From Cryomorphaceae bacterium (GTDB lineage: Bacteria > Bacteroidota > Bacteroidia > Flavobacteriales_D > Cryomorphaceae): a stretch of 64,000 bases of DNA. The stretch's first letter is position 1. Each line of letters opens with the position of its first letter. Below the pieces are notes generated by a model. The model was not told where the DNA came from. It ran no database searches and saw only the letters and a program-made list of their open reading frames with translations. A program made the translations under genes and the position numbers. This document shows positions 55,747 to 64,000 of this stretch, piece after piece. The stretch is taken from the NCBI GenBank assembly GCA_036751905.1, contig DAIOTP010000001.1, positions 1,014 through 65,013 of the forward strand. Reading direction: 5' to 3'.

Positions 55747-56403
55747 TCAGTTGATTCTGCGCACCACCTCTAGGGTAGGCAATATGCGGTGCTTGAGTTC
55801 TACATGCTGCAACTTTCCATTGTGCGCATGTTTGTAGGTGTTCAGCTCGCCAGAACTTTTGGGATTGCGCAATACCAGCAATCCCTCATCGCTTCCGCGC
55901 AATATAGGTCTATATACACCTGTAGTTTCGGAATATACCATGCTTCCAACTGCGGGAGCCTCAAAATAGAGCGTACAGCCTGAGTAACGAATAGGGCCTT
56001 CAATGCGCCCCAGCTCCCCATCGCATACCACATCGTAATACCCGTCGCGCCATATCGTTTCCGTTTTGGTACGCAGAGAACCATTGAGGTAAGCAGTACC
56101 TTCAGAGGCCTGCAAGATGCCGTGTTTGAATGCTGCCTTCACTTTGTAGGAGATATGAACCCTGACTATGGCGTCGACACTAAGTTCTGTGACCACCTCA
56201 TAGCGCATCAAATCTCCATCGAGGTGGCGGTGCACGCGTACCTCGCCAATAGATTCTTTGTGCCGCTTCACATCGTAGGTGCATTTTTCGGTTTGTGCTT
56301 CCGCTAAAAAAGAAGTCAGCAAGACCAACACCAAGATGTGCACGGATCGTTGGCATTCACTTGCAGGAATGCTTGCTATCCGCATAAGCTGGGTTGCGCG
56401 CAT
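55747..56403 (-). CDS. hypothetical secreted protein
   Basis: signal-like HILVLVLLTSFLAEAQ; beta-rich 218 aa; no motif I can name with confidence. Confidence 0.5.
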   Translation of the reverse strand: MRATQLMRIASIPASECQRSVHILVLVLLTSFLAEAQTEKCTYDVKRHKESIGEVRVHRHLDGDLMRYEVVTELSVDAIVRVHISYKVKAAFKHGILQASEGTAYLNGSLRTKTETIWRDGYYDVVCDGELGRIEGPIRYSGCTLYFEAPAVGSMVYSETTGVYRPILRGSDEGLLVLRNPKSSGELNTYKHAHNGKLQHVELKHRILPTLEVVRRIN

Positions 56404-56481
56404 AACCCGTTGTACGAAAGTTGCAGAACCTTGTTACGCCGGCAGTTTTCTTACTTTAAGTTGATATGCAAAGGTTCCGCG

Positions 56482-57462
56482 TCACTGCTTGACATCGCTG
56501 CCCCGCTTAATGACCACCTCCTTCTCCATGATGATCATGGAGTGTTTCAATGGAATAATCCCCTCGCCATAGTGCTCGGCATAGGTTCGAATCATGGCAG
56601 CGCCAAAAAAGAAAATGAGGCACGCATATGACACCCAAAGCAGCAGGATGACCACGGAGCCCGCCGCCCCATACATGGTGCCGGGTGAGGCTTTTCCAAA
56701 ATAATATCCGAGTAAAAAAACCCCGAAATTGAACAGAATGGCCGTAACGATGCTCCCGCGCCATATCACGGACCAGGCTACGCGGGCATCGGGCATAAAG
56801 CGGAACATCAACGTGAAGAGAACTGCTATAACGCCCGTGCTGAGTGTATAATCAAGCAGCTGTGCTGCAAGCACATATGCAGGCTCCCATATGGTGGCCA
56901 AAAATCCACTCAAGGCGGTAAGCATGGCTGAACCCACGAAACTAAGCAAAAGCAAAAACCCAATAACCAGCACAAAACCAAAGCTAATGGTGCGGTCGAT
57001 GACCAATTTTAAGATGTTTCTTTTCGGATCCTGCCGTATATCCCACATGGCGTTCAATGACAGCTGCAAATGGTAAAATACACCGGTAGCACCGAAAAGT
57101 AAGACCCCAATACCGATGATGGTAGCGATTTTGCTTTGGCCACCGAGTTGTATGCTTTCGAGCATCCCAGTTACTGAATTTGCGGCTTCCGTGCCTATGG
57201 TGTCTTCAATTTGCTCAAATATTTCTCCTTCCACTAAATCGTTGCCCCAAATGGACCCAACTGAATTGACAACAACCACCAACAACCCTGGCAGCGATAG
57301 CAAGGCATAATAAGCCACAACAGCGCCCAATCTCCAAGGGTCGTGGCTGTTCCAGGCTTTAAAACTGGCTTTTAAAAAGCCAAACGTATCACGTACGTGA
57401 AACTTTTTCAACTCCCTCCCTTCCCCGTTTTCGTCGGCAATATGGTTTACGTAAGTGCTCAA
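56482..57462 (-). CDS. YihY/BrkB-family membrane protein
   Basis: ...LGAVVAYYALLSLPGLL... and six TM helices typical of YihY; TTG start. Confidence 0.75.
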   Translation of the reverse strand: MSTYVNHIADENGEGRELKKFHVRDTFGFLKASFKAWNSHDPWRLGAVVAYYALLSLPGLLVVVVNSVGSIWGNDLVEGEIFEQIEDTIGTEAANSVTGMLESIQLGGQSKIATIIGIGVLLFGATGVFYHLQLSLNAMWDIRQDPKRNILKLVIDRTISFGFVLVIGFLLLLSFVGSAMLTALSGFLATIWEPAYVLAAQLLDYTLSTGVIAVLFTLMFRFMPDARVAWSVIWRGSIVTAILFNFGVFLLGYYFGKASPGTMYGAAGSVVILLLWVSYACLIFFFGAAMIRTYAEHYGEGIIPLKHSMIIMEKEVVIKRGSDVKQ

Positions 57463-57498
57463 TTGATTTTAAAATAATCCTGCGGAAAAAAGCCCAAT

Positions 57499-57840
57499 TT
57501 AAAGATTCTTCTCAGCATTGTCGCCATTTTGGGTATCATTGGCATTTCCATTTTCCTCAGCCTCGTTTACAGCTTCAACGATATCTCTTGACAAATCCGT
57601 TTTTTCGCTCCAGCGGTACAGCACAGCTATTTTATAACCAAGCTTTATGGCTGTGCCGGTACCATCCTTTTCGGCAATCCATAGAAACACTTTTTTAAGT
57701 GGTTTAATGTAAGGCATGAGGATGAGCGCTGTAATGCCATACAGCGCCCAACCAAAAGGCAAAAATGGCAACACAATGCTTATGCTTCCAAGAACAAAAC
57801 ACGCAAGTGCGAGCAGTGGTATGACGTATTTTTTATTCAA
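57499..57840 (-). CDS. small two-TM membrane protein (PGPGW/DUF454-like) with acidic C-terminal tail
   Basis: LPFLPFGW segment between two hydrophobic helices; only a TTG start is available. Confidence 0.45.
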   Translation of the reverse strand: MNKKYVIPLLALACFVLGSISIVLPFLPFGWALYGITALILMPYIKPLKKVFLWIAEKDGTGTAIKLGYKIAVLYRWSEKTDLSRDIVEAVNEAEENGNANDTQNGDNAEKNL

Positions 57841-57883
57841 GGGAACAGCGGGGGATTTCAGGCGATAAATAAGTCAGATACTG

Positions 57884-60709
57884 CTATTTGGTAAGGGTGA
57901 TATGAAAAGTTGTTCCAACCCCTACTTCACTTTCAACTTCGATGCGTCCGCCTATGGCTTCCACCTGATTTTTGGTGATAAAGAGCCCTAGTCCACGCGC
58001 TTCGGGGTGGTTGTGGAAAGTTTTGTAAAGCCCAAAAAGCTTGTCGCCGTGTCGGGCCAAATCGATTCCTACCCCATTGTCGGTGATGGATACAACGAGA
58101 TTGTTCAACTTTTCCGTGGCGCTTATATGGATCTCACACATTGTATCTGGCTTGGCATACTTCATGGCATTGCCAAGCAGATTGAAGAAAATACTGTCGA
58201 GGTAGGCAGGAATACCGCGCACACATTCGCTTCCAATAAGGCGGTTGTGTACCTTGCAAGGCTTTGTGGATGCCGTAACGTTGAGTATGGCACGCTCCAT
58301 GACGGGAGCCAATGGAATGTACTCCAATACATCTTGTTCGTTGGCCCGAAGCAGCGCTACCTGACTGAGATGGTCCAGCGTTTCCCGCAAATTGCCGGAG
58401 ACCCTCTTGAGCAATTGCATCATTTCAATGCTTGCTAAATCAGGCCGGGTTTTGGAAATCAGCTCGAGCAGGGATTCAAAATTCCCGGAATGTGATTTGA
58501 GGTTGTGTGCTACAATGTGGGCGAAATTTCGAAGTCTTTTATTTTGATCCTGTGTCAATTGCAGCAATTTCTTCTGTTCTTCCTGGTGCAGCAGTTCTTC
58601 GGTTACATCCTGGGCAGTTCCAAAGATATACACACAGGTGTCGCCTTCGAACTCCGTTCTTGCCATAATGCGCAGATACCGTTCTTTGCCCTTGGCTGTT
58701 ATAATAGGCAGCGTGTAATCCATCTTGTAGTTTGGGTCAGTCTTTGCCTGTTTGATGATCTCCCTCACTTCGTCCCTTGTCGGTTCATCTTTGTAAAATG
58801 CAATCGATTGTTCAGCGTTGGGTGCTGGCCCCACTTCAAGCTCATGGATGTCAAAGCATACTTTCGACCAGTATCTCAATCCTGTCTTAAAATCAATCTC
58901 AAAAGCACCGACCTTTGCCATTTGTCCGGCTTGTTCAAGCATAATGCGCGTGCGCATGAGTTCGTCGTCGGTGCGGGCGCGTAGTTGAAGATTGACCAGC
59001 AATTCTGCAAAAACCCTTACCAACAGCTTCGCATATTGGTCAAAGTGTACATCACTGCGCGACGTTTCCACACCTACACATCCCAGGCAATGGTGGTCGT
59101 GCATGAGCGGATGGCTGTAAAGCGAATTTACGCCCTGCTTTTCGAGCATTTGTCGCTCCGCCTTGTCGGGATTCAGGTCATCAATTTTCGATACCTTGAT
59201 GGGCTCTCCTTTCTTGTGTGCCGCCACCCAGCGCTCAAAGGCCTGCATCGGCACTTCTTGCAAGCGTTCTTGCCATGAGGTGATCCCCTCACGACACCAC
59301 TCATAGGTATTGTATCCCAGCATGGTTTCCCAGTCATAGCGGAACACAAAAACCCTATCAGCACCGGTGAATTCGCCAATCTCACTAAGCGATTGCCGCA
59401 CTCGGTCAGGAACTTTAGAAATGGGAATGTTGATGTAGCCGCAGGCAATGTTGGCGAGTAGACTGTGCGCCTTCATCACCTTTTCCTTTTCTTCAAGGAG
59501 GGTGCGCAATTCTTGCTCAGATTGGCGCAGCGCATCTTCAGCCCGCTTTTGTTCGGTAATGTCAATGCTTATACCCCTGTAGCCAAGAAATTGACCTTGA
59601 GCACCAAAATGCGGTGATCCTGAAGTGAGCATGGTTCTCGCATTGCCATGGACATCTTTGGTCACCTTCAGTACGCTTTCCCAGGATGCCTGCTTATCAA
59701 GCAATTCAGAAAATTGAGATTTGTAGGCTTCCCGATCTTTTTCAGGCGAAAAGTCAAAAAAGTATTTCTTGCCTATAGTGTCGGCTATATTGTGTCCAAA
59801 TTTGGTCTCAATCACTTCGTTCACATAGGTATATCTACCTGAAGGATCAATTTCCCAGACCACCGTGCCACTGTTGATGGCAATTTCCCGATAGCGCTCG
59901 GTTATGAGTTGGATTTTGTTTTGGTGGATCTTTTCGTCGGTAATGTCCTGAATTACACACTGTATACCCGTGGGCCTGCCATGCTCATCCCGGATAAAGG
60001 ATACCCTCATTTTGATATCCCTTAGGCTGCCATCAGCATGGTAGGCTTTCGTTTCAATTTCACTCAATCGCTTTTTCCCGTCACCTTGCTGGTTGTCTAG
60101 TGCCAATTCCTCCATCAGAATAGCCTTCATGTGATCAAGTGACTCTGGAGGAAATCTTTTTTCAGGGGGCAGCAAAAGGGCCTCTGCCGCGCTGTAGCCC
60201 AATACACCTTCGATGGCTGCGCTGACAAAGGTGAGATTCAAATGAAGGTCGAGGGTGCAATAAACCTCCGATAAGTTGTTGACAATGTCGAGCTGCTTGC
60301 GCTCGTGTTCGCGCAGTGCACTTTCTGTTTTTTTCGATTGCGTGACATCCAGGCCAACACAAAGTACTCCCAACGGCTGTTTCAGCCCATCACACATCAG
60401 GCTAAATTCCCATTCGGTCCAATAGTATTCCCCATTTTGACCAGGTTTCCGAAGACTTACTTTAAAGCATTTGTCTGGCTTTTCCATACATTGCTGCACA
60501 GTATCCATACAGTTTTGGAGGTCATCGGGGTGGATGGTTTGCGCGTAGGTTTTGACCTTGTAGTTTTCGGTTCCCGACTCAAAGCGCTCTAAAAAAAGCT
60601 TGTTGGCATAGATGTAGCTGCCCTGCAGTCCAATTCCCACAACGAAGTATTTCTCCGAATCTCGGAGAAAAGGCGGGATCACATTTTCAATATCTTGGGT
60701 CTGGGTCAT
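57884..60709 (-). CDS. cytoplasmic multi-PAS/GAF sensor histidine kinase
   Basis: several PAS-like blocks, a GAF-like block, H-box FAHIVAHNLKS, N/G boxes (NLLGNAMKY, DNGVGID, GLGLFI); ORF opens on TTG 60724, ATG at 60709. Confidence 0.85.
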   Translation of the reverse strand: MTQTQDIENVIPPFLRDSEKYFVVGIGLQGSYIYANKLFLERFESGTENYKVKTYAQTIHPDDLQNCMDTVQQCMEKPDKCFKVSLRKPGQNGEYYWTEWEFSLMCDGLKQPLGVLCVGLDVTQSKKTESALREHERKQLDIVNNLSEVYCTLDLHLNLTFVSAAIEGVLGYSAAEALLLPPEKRFPPESLDHMKAILMEELALDNQQGDGKKRLSEIETKAYHADGSLRDIKMRVSFIRDEHGRPTGIQCVIQDITDEKIHQNKIQLITERYREIAINSGTVVWEIDPSGRYTYVNEVIETKFGHNIADTIGKKYFFDFSPEKDREAYKSQFSELLDKQASWESVLKVTKDVHGNARTMLTSGSPHFGAQGQFLGYRGISIDITEQKRAEDALRQSEQELRTLLEEKEKVMKAHSLLANIACGYINIPISKVPDRVRQSLSEIGEFTGADRVFVFRYDWETMLGYNTYEWCREGITSWQERLQEVPMQAFERWVAAHKKGEPIKVSKIDDLNPDKAERQMLEKQGVNSLYSHPLMHDHHCLGCVGVETSRSDVHFDQYAKLLVRVFAELLVNLQLRARTDDELMRTRIMLEQAGQMAKVGAFEIDFKTGLRYWSKVCFDIHELEVGPAPNAEQSIAFYKDEPTRDEVREIIKQAKTDPNYKMDYTLPIITAKGKERYLRIMARTEFEGDTCVYIFGTAQDVTEELLHQEEQKKLLQLTQDQNKRLRNFAHIVAHNLKSHSGNFESLLELISKTRPDLASIEMMQLLKRVSGNLRETLDHLSQVALLRANEQDVLEYIPLAPVMERAILNVTASTKPCKVHNRLIGSECVRGIPAYLDSIFFNLLGNAMKYAKPDTMCEIHISATEKLNNLVVSITDNGVGIDLARHGDKLFGLYKTFHNHPEARGLGLFITKNQVEAIGGRIEVESEVGVGTTFHITLTK

Positions 60710-60831
60710 GGGCCGAATACACAACGCTGCCGAAAATACGATTTTCCATTGGTAGCGATCGCATTTATTGATACCCCTGGATTATTGTTGCACCGCGCTG
60801 CCATTGTTCTTTTCGGCTGATTCCGCAATAC

Positions 60832-61230
60832 TCAATTCACAGGTTGCAGACTTTGAAGTATTTCCTCCAAAAATGCTTCCGAAAGCGGTTTCGTAATGAA
60901 GCCCTTTACCACGGGGTATTTTTTGCTGCGCATTTGGTCATCGGGGTGATCTGAGCTAGAAACGATGTATATGACAGGTGCATTTTCAATGTCCAGTTTT
61001 TGGTATTCGTCCAGGAAATTCCATGCATCCCAAATGGGCATGTTGATATCAAGCAAGATGAGGTGAGGCATCTCATCAGGAGCATCAAGACATTGTAAAA
61101 TAAAGTTGTAGGCATCCTGCCCGTTTTCGCAGACTGTGATGACACCTATGGCTGAGCTGCGTGACAAAAGCGCTTTGGCTGTATAAATGAATATGGGATC
61201 ATCATCAATAATGCAGGTACGAATGGTCAT
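60832..61230 (-). CDS. stand-alone receiver-domain response regulator
   Basis: IIDDD ... LLDINMP ... VSSS receiver signature; ORF trimmed to ATG 61230 (a -7 box lies inside the longer ORF). Confidence 0.8.
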   Translation of the reverse strand: MTIRTCIIDDDPIFIYTAKALLSRSSAIGVITVCENGQDAYNFILQCLDAPDEMPHLILLDINMPIWDAWNFLDEYQKLDIENAPVIYIVSSSDHPDDQMRSKKYPVVKGFITKPLSEAFLEEILQSLQPVN

Positions 61231-61277
61231 GGCCGGTTTGCCTTTAGAATTGTTTAACAGTTGAGTGGATAGGACCG

Positions 61278-61285
61278 CAAAAGTA
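61278..61285 (-). promoter_or_regulatory. -7 box TACTTTTG upstream of the response regulator gene
   Basis: exact TAnnTTTG match 48 nt upstream of ATG 61230. Confidence 0.35.
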
Positions 61286-61414
61286 AAAACTTTAAGCGCC
61301 ATAGGCTTAACCCAAAAGCAGAATTTAACTTAACACAACCGTTCCTCCCCCGCTGATATTTCATCGGGCCTGGTTTGGTGAAAAATTGAGATGCCTCAAT
61401 GCCGCCGTCGGTTG

Positions 61415-61422
61415 TAACTTTG
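61415..61422 (+). promoter_or_regulatory. -7 box TAACTTTG upstream of the ABC-F gene
   Basis: exact TAnnTTTG match 35 nt upstream of ATG 61457. Confidence 0.4.
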
Positions 61423-61456
61423 CAGCGGTGATAAAGTCCCCACCCCGATTGATCCC

Positions 61457-63331
61457 ATGAACATTCTCTCCGCCGAAAACCTCAGCAAGCGCTATGGCCC
61501 GCGTCTCTTATTCGAAAACTTCTCCTTTGGCATGGCACAGGGTGAAAAAGTGGCCATTGTAGCGCCCAATGGCAGCGGCAAAAGCACTTTGCTCAAAGCC
61601 ATCGCGGGCGTAGAACCAGCGGACACAGGACAAGTGGTGTTTCGCAGTGGCACACGGGTAGGATACCTTCCGCAAGACCCTATTTTCCCGGAAGGTTTGA
61701 GCCTGAAAGAGGCTATAATGCAAAGTGATTCACCCATCCAGGCTGCCGTACTGGCCTATGAAACCGCCCTCGAAAACCCCGATGATGGCGATGCCCTGCA
61801 GGCAGCCATGGAGCTTATGGACCGCCACCAGGCTTGGGATTTCGAAGCGCGTGTGCAAGAAGTGCTCAGCCGCTTGGGCATAGACAACAGCAGCATCAAA
61901 GTAGAAGCAGCTTCAGGAGGTCAGCGCAAGCGGGCCGCATTGGCCAAGGTAATGCTCGAAGAGCCCGACCTTATCATCCTTGATGAGCCCACCAACCACC
62001 TTGATCTCGAAAGCATTGAGTGGCTCGAACAGTGGTTGGCTTCTGCCAATTTTACCCTGCTTATGGTAACCCACGACCGTTATTTCCTAGACCGCGTATG
62101 TACCGATATTCTTGAAATTGACCGAAGTGAACTTGTGCGGTACACCGGCAATTATTCCTATTTTCTGGAAAAGAAAGCCGAGCGTGAAGCCTCCCTTGCG
62201 AGCAGTGTCGACAAGGCCAAAAACCTGATGCGCACCGAACTGGAGTGGATACGCCGCCAACCGAAAGCCCGTGGCACCAAAAGCAAAAGCCGCGTAGATG
62301 CCTTCGACGACATCAAGAGCCAGGCATCCATCCGCACCGACAAGGAATCGGTACAGCTGGGAGTGCGCACCGAGCGCATGGGCAGTAAGATTGTGGAATT
62401 TCATAAAGTAAACAAAAGCTTCGGAGAGCTGCGCATTCTCGATCAGTTCAACTACAATTTCCAAAGGCACGAAAAGCTGGGAATCGTAGGCAACAATGGC
62501 ACAGGCAAATCCACTTTCGTAAAAATGCTGCTCGGCAAGATGGCCCCCGATGGCGGAAAAATTGTGCAGGGAGAAACCATACGCTTCGGGCATTACGACC
62601 AAGAGGGTCTGCTCAACGCCGACCACAAGCGCGTCATTGAGGTGGTAACCGAAATTGCTGAAGTCATCGAGCTGCAAAAAGGCCACAAACTCACAGCGGC
62701 GCAGCTGCTCGAGCGCTTCCTCTTCAGCCGTGACAAGCAGTGGCAATTGGTGAGCACCCTCAGCGGTGGCGAAAAGCGCCGTCTTTACCTATGTACTGTG
62801 CTCATAGCCAACCCCAACTTTCTGGTGCTCGATGAGCCCACCAACGACCTCGACATCGATACCCTTCAGGTGCTGGAGGATTATTTGGCTGCTTATGATG
62901 GCTGCCTTGTGGTAGTGAGCCACGACCGTTTCTTTATGGACAAGGTGGTTGACCATCTCTTTGTATTCGAGGGCGATGCCAAAATACGCGACTACCCTGG
63001 CAATTACAGTCAGTACCGTGCTGCCAAGCGGGAAGAAGACGCTTCCGCCAAAAAAGCAGACAACAAAGCTGCCGGCATTGCCCAGAAAGGGCGCATTGCT
63101 GAGGATGCCGCTAAAGAAAAAACCAAACTCACCTATGCCGAACGCCTTGAATTTGAAAAATTGGAGAAGAGCATAGCCGAGTTGGAATCCAAAAAAATGA
63201 CGCTCGCCGAAAAACTCAGCATGAGCGACAACAACGAAACGCTCTTGAGCCTTTCGGCTGAACTGGAGGAGCTGGTGAAGCGCATTGAAGTGGAAACGGA
63301 GCGCTGGATGGAACTTGCCGAATTCGTTTGA
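61457..63331 (+). CDS. ABC-F family ATPase (Uup/EttA-like) with C-terminal coiled-coil
   Basis: two Walker A sites (APNGSGKST, GNNGTGKST), two signatures (ASGGQRKR, LSGGEKRR), no TM domains. Confidence 0.9.
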   Translation: MNILSAENLSKRYGPRLLFENFSFGMAQGEKVAIVAPNGSGKSTLLKAIAGVEPADTGQVVFRSGTRVGYLPQDPIFPEGLSLKEAIMQSDSPIQAAVLAYETALENPDDGDALQAAMELMDRHQAWDFEARVQEVLSRLGIDNSSIKVEAASGGQRKRAALAKVMLEEPDLIILDEPTNHLDLESIEWLEQWLASANFTLLMVTHDRYFLDRVCTDILEIDRSELVRYTGNYSYFLEKKAEREASLASSVDKAKNLMRTELEWIRRQPKARGTKSKSRVDAFDDIKSQASIRTDKESVQLGVRTERMGSKIVEFHKVNKSFGELRILDQFNYNFQRHEKLGIVGNNGTGKSTFVKMLLGKMAPDGGKIVQGETIRFGHYDQEGLLNADHKRVIEVVTEIAEVIELQKGHKLTAAQLLERFLFSRDKQWQLVSTLSGGEKRRLYLCTVLIANPNFLVLDEPTNDLDIDTLQVLEDYLAAYDGCLVVVSHDRFFMDKVVDHLFVFEGDAKIRDYPGNYSQYRAAKREEDASAKKADNKAAGIAQKGRIAEDAAKEKTKLTYAERLEFEKLEKSIAELESKKMTLAEKLSMSDNNETLLSLSAELEELVKRIEVETERWMELAEFV

Positions 63332-63444
63332 CCCCGATGCCAAAGCAAGGCACGTTGCCTTCGCTTTGACCGAGCACATATTTGCCGAAAAGGCAAAAAA
63401 AAAGCCCCAAAAGGCGCATTAATTTTCCAATAAATACGGTTTGC

Positions 63445-63717
63445 TTAGCCCCCTTCTTGTGTGCTTTTATCCAAGAGCCGGCTGCTGGTCTTGTAGTTGT
63501 CGAACACAGCCATGCAGCTGATAAACAGCCCAAAGGAGATGAATAACAAAAGCCAGTTTTCCATGTACAAACTGTGGTAAAATACAACAAGATTGGCGAT
63601 GGAGAAGGTGTGGAAAGCCCTCAAATTCATTTTACACACCCGGCGCAATTCGCCCACCGTGAGTCGAGCAAGGTCGTCAACACCCATAGCTTTGTTTCGT
63701 TTCAAAATAGCATTCAT
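63445..63717 (-). CDS. hypothetical small membrane protein
   Basis: 90-aa ATG ORF with two hydrophobic segments; followed by a GC stem plus T9 tract on the minus strand (63398..63420 region). Confidence 0.35.
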   Translation of the reverse strand: MNAILKRNKAMGVDDLARLTVGELRRVCKMNLRAFHTFSIANLVVFYHSLYMENWLLLFISFGLFISCMAVFDNYKTSSRLLDKSTQEGG

Positions 63718-63820
63718 AGAAACGTGATTTTGATTACAGGGTTACGAATGTCGGCTTTTCAAGCGCAGGGGTCAAACTAAAAATTCACATTTTTGGAACC
63801 TCCCTTGGTGCGGGTCACGC

Positions 63821-64000
63821 TCAGATTGCCATACGCACAGAATCGATCCGGGTGCCCGTAGTCCACTCTGTGATGGCCTCTAATCCTTGTATTACAGCAC
63901 CAAAAACCGTGTAGCGTCCATCCAGATGGGGTGCTGACATGTGGGTTATAAAAAATTGTGGACCCTCCGTATCGGGCCCGGAACTGGCCAAGCCCACCAC
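63821..64000 (-). CDS. cyclophilin-type peptidyl-prolyl isomerase, 3' fragment (5' end lies beyond the window)
   Basis: my own translation of the minus strand: ...GLASSGPDTEGPQFFITHMSAPHLDGRYTVFGAVIQGLEAI...*; stop TGA at 63821..63823. Confidence 0.8.
   Translation of the reverse strand: MVGLASSGPDTEGPQFFITHMSAPHLDGRYTVFGAVIQGLEAITEWTTGTRIDSVRMAI

Noticed and set aside
54120-56403. tRNA-Arg as an integration site for a genomic island (acetyltransferase, GT2 and a secreted protein lie downstream)
   Set aside because: I saw no integrase, no direct repeat of the tRNA 3' end, no mobility genes, and no obvious compositional break by eye.
1-64000. CRISPR arrays, defence systems, prophage, IS elements, rRNA, tmRNA, RNase P and riboswitches
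   Set aside because: I scanned intergenic regions and ORF translations. I found no spaced direct repeats, no nuclease/helicase/methylase clusters, no transposase or integrase motifs, and no conserved RNA signature strings. The absence is by eye only, so an Rfam and defence-finder run would be needed to confirm it.

Overview
This window looks like an ordinary, densely coding chromosomal segment of a Bacteroidota genome. The phylum call rests on gldH, a secreted amylase ending in a T9SS-type C-terminal sorting domain, a FISUMP lipoprotein, a long-form IspG, and recurrent TAnnTTTG -7 promoter boxes. I call 55 protein-coding genes (one 5'-truncated at the right edge) and one tRNA-Arg(CCT). I see no rRNA, CRISPR array, transposase, integrase, phage gene or recognisable defence gene.

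Most content is housekeeping:
- Isoprenoid genes: dxs, ispG, a polyprenyl synthase.
- Replication and repair: holB, dnaG, recJ.
- Translation: metG, gatC, an ABC-F protein, a pseudouridine synthase.
- Cell envelope: PBP1A, an LD-carboxypeptidase, an AsmA-like protein, gldH.
- A TetR-TolC-MFP-RND efflux operon and two sensor kinases.

All family calls come from motifs I read in the supplied translations. No homology search was run, and many start codons are uncertain because the ORF track opens on TTG/GTG as well as ATG.

I do not find a convincing novel multi-gene system. The items most worth a second look are:
1. A stand-alone lipoprotein built from ten tandem 4-Cys modules that I cannot assign to a named family (30881..32593).
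2. scoA and scoB split and followed by two large GT-C-like membrane proteins in one tightly packed operon (190..5225).
3. A 135-bp AT-rich inverted-repeat element with four TGTATTAAG copies (20909..21043).
4. A four-Cys zinc-ribbon-like insert inside PBP1A.
5. Promoter-box positions that argue for shorter or non-ATG starts and possibly leaderless transcripts.
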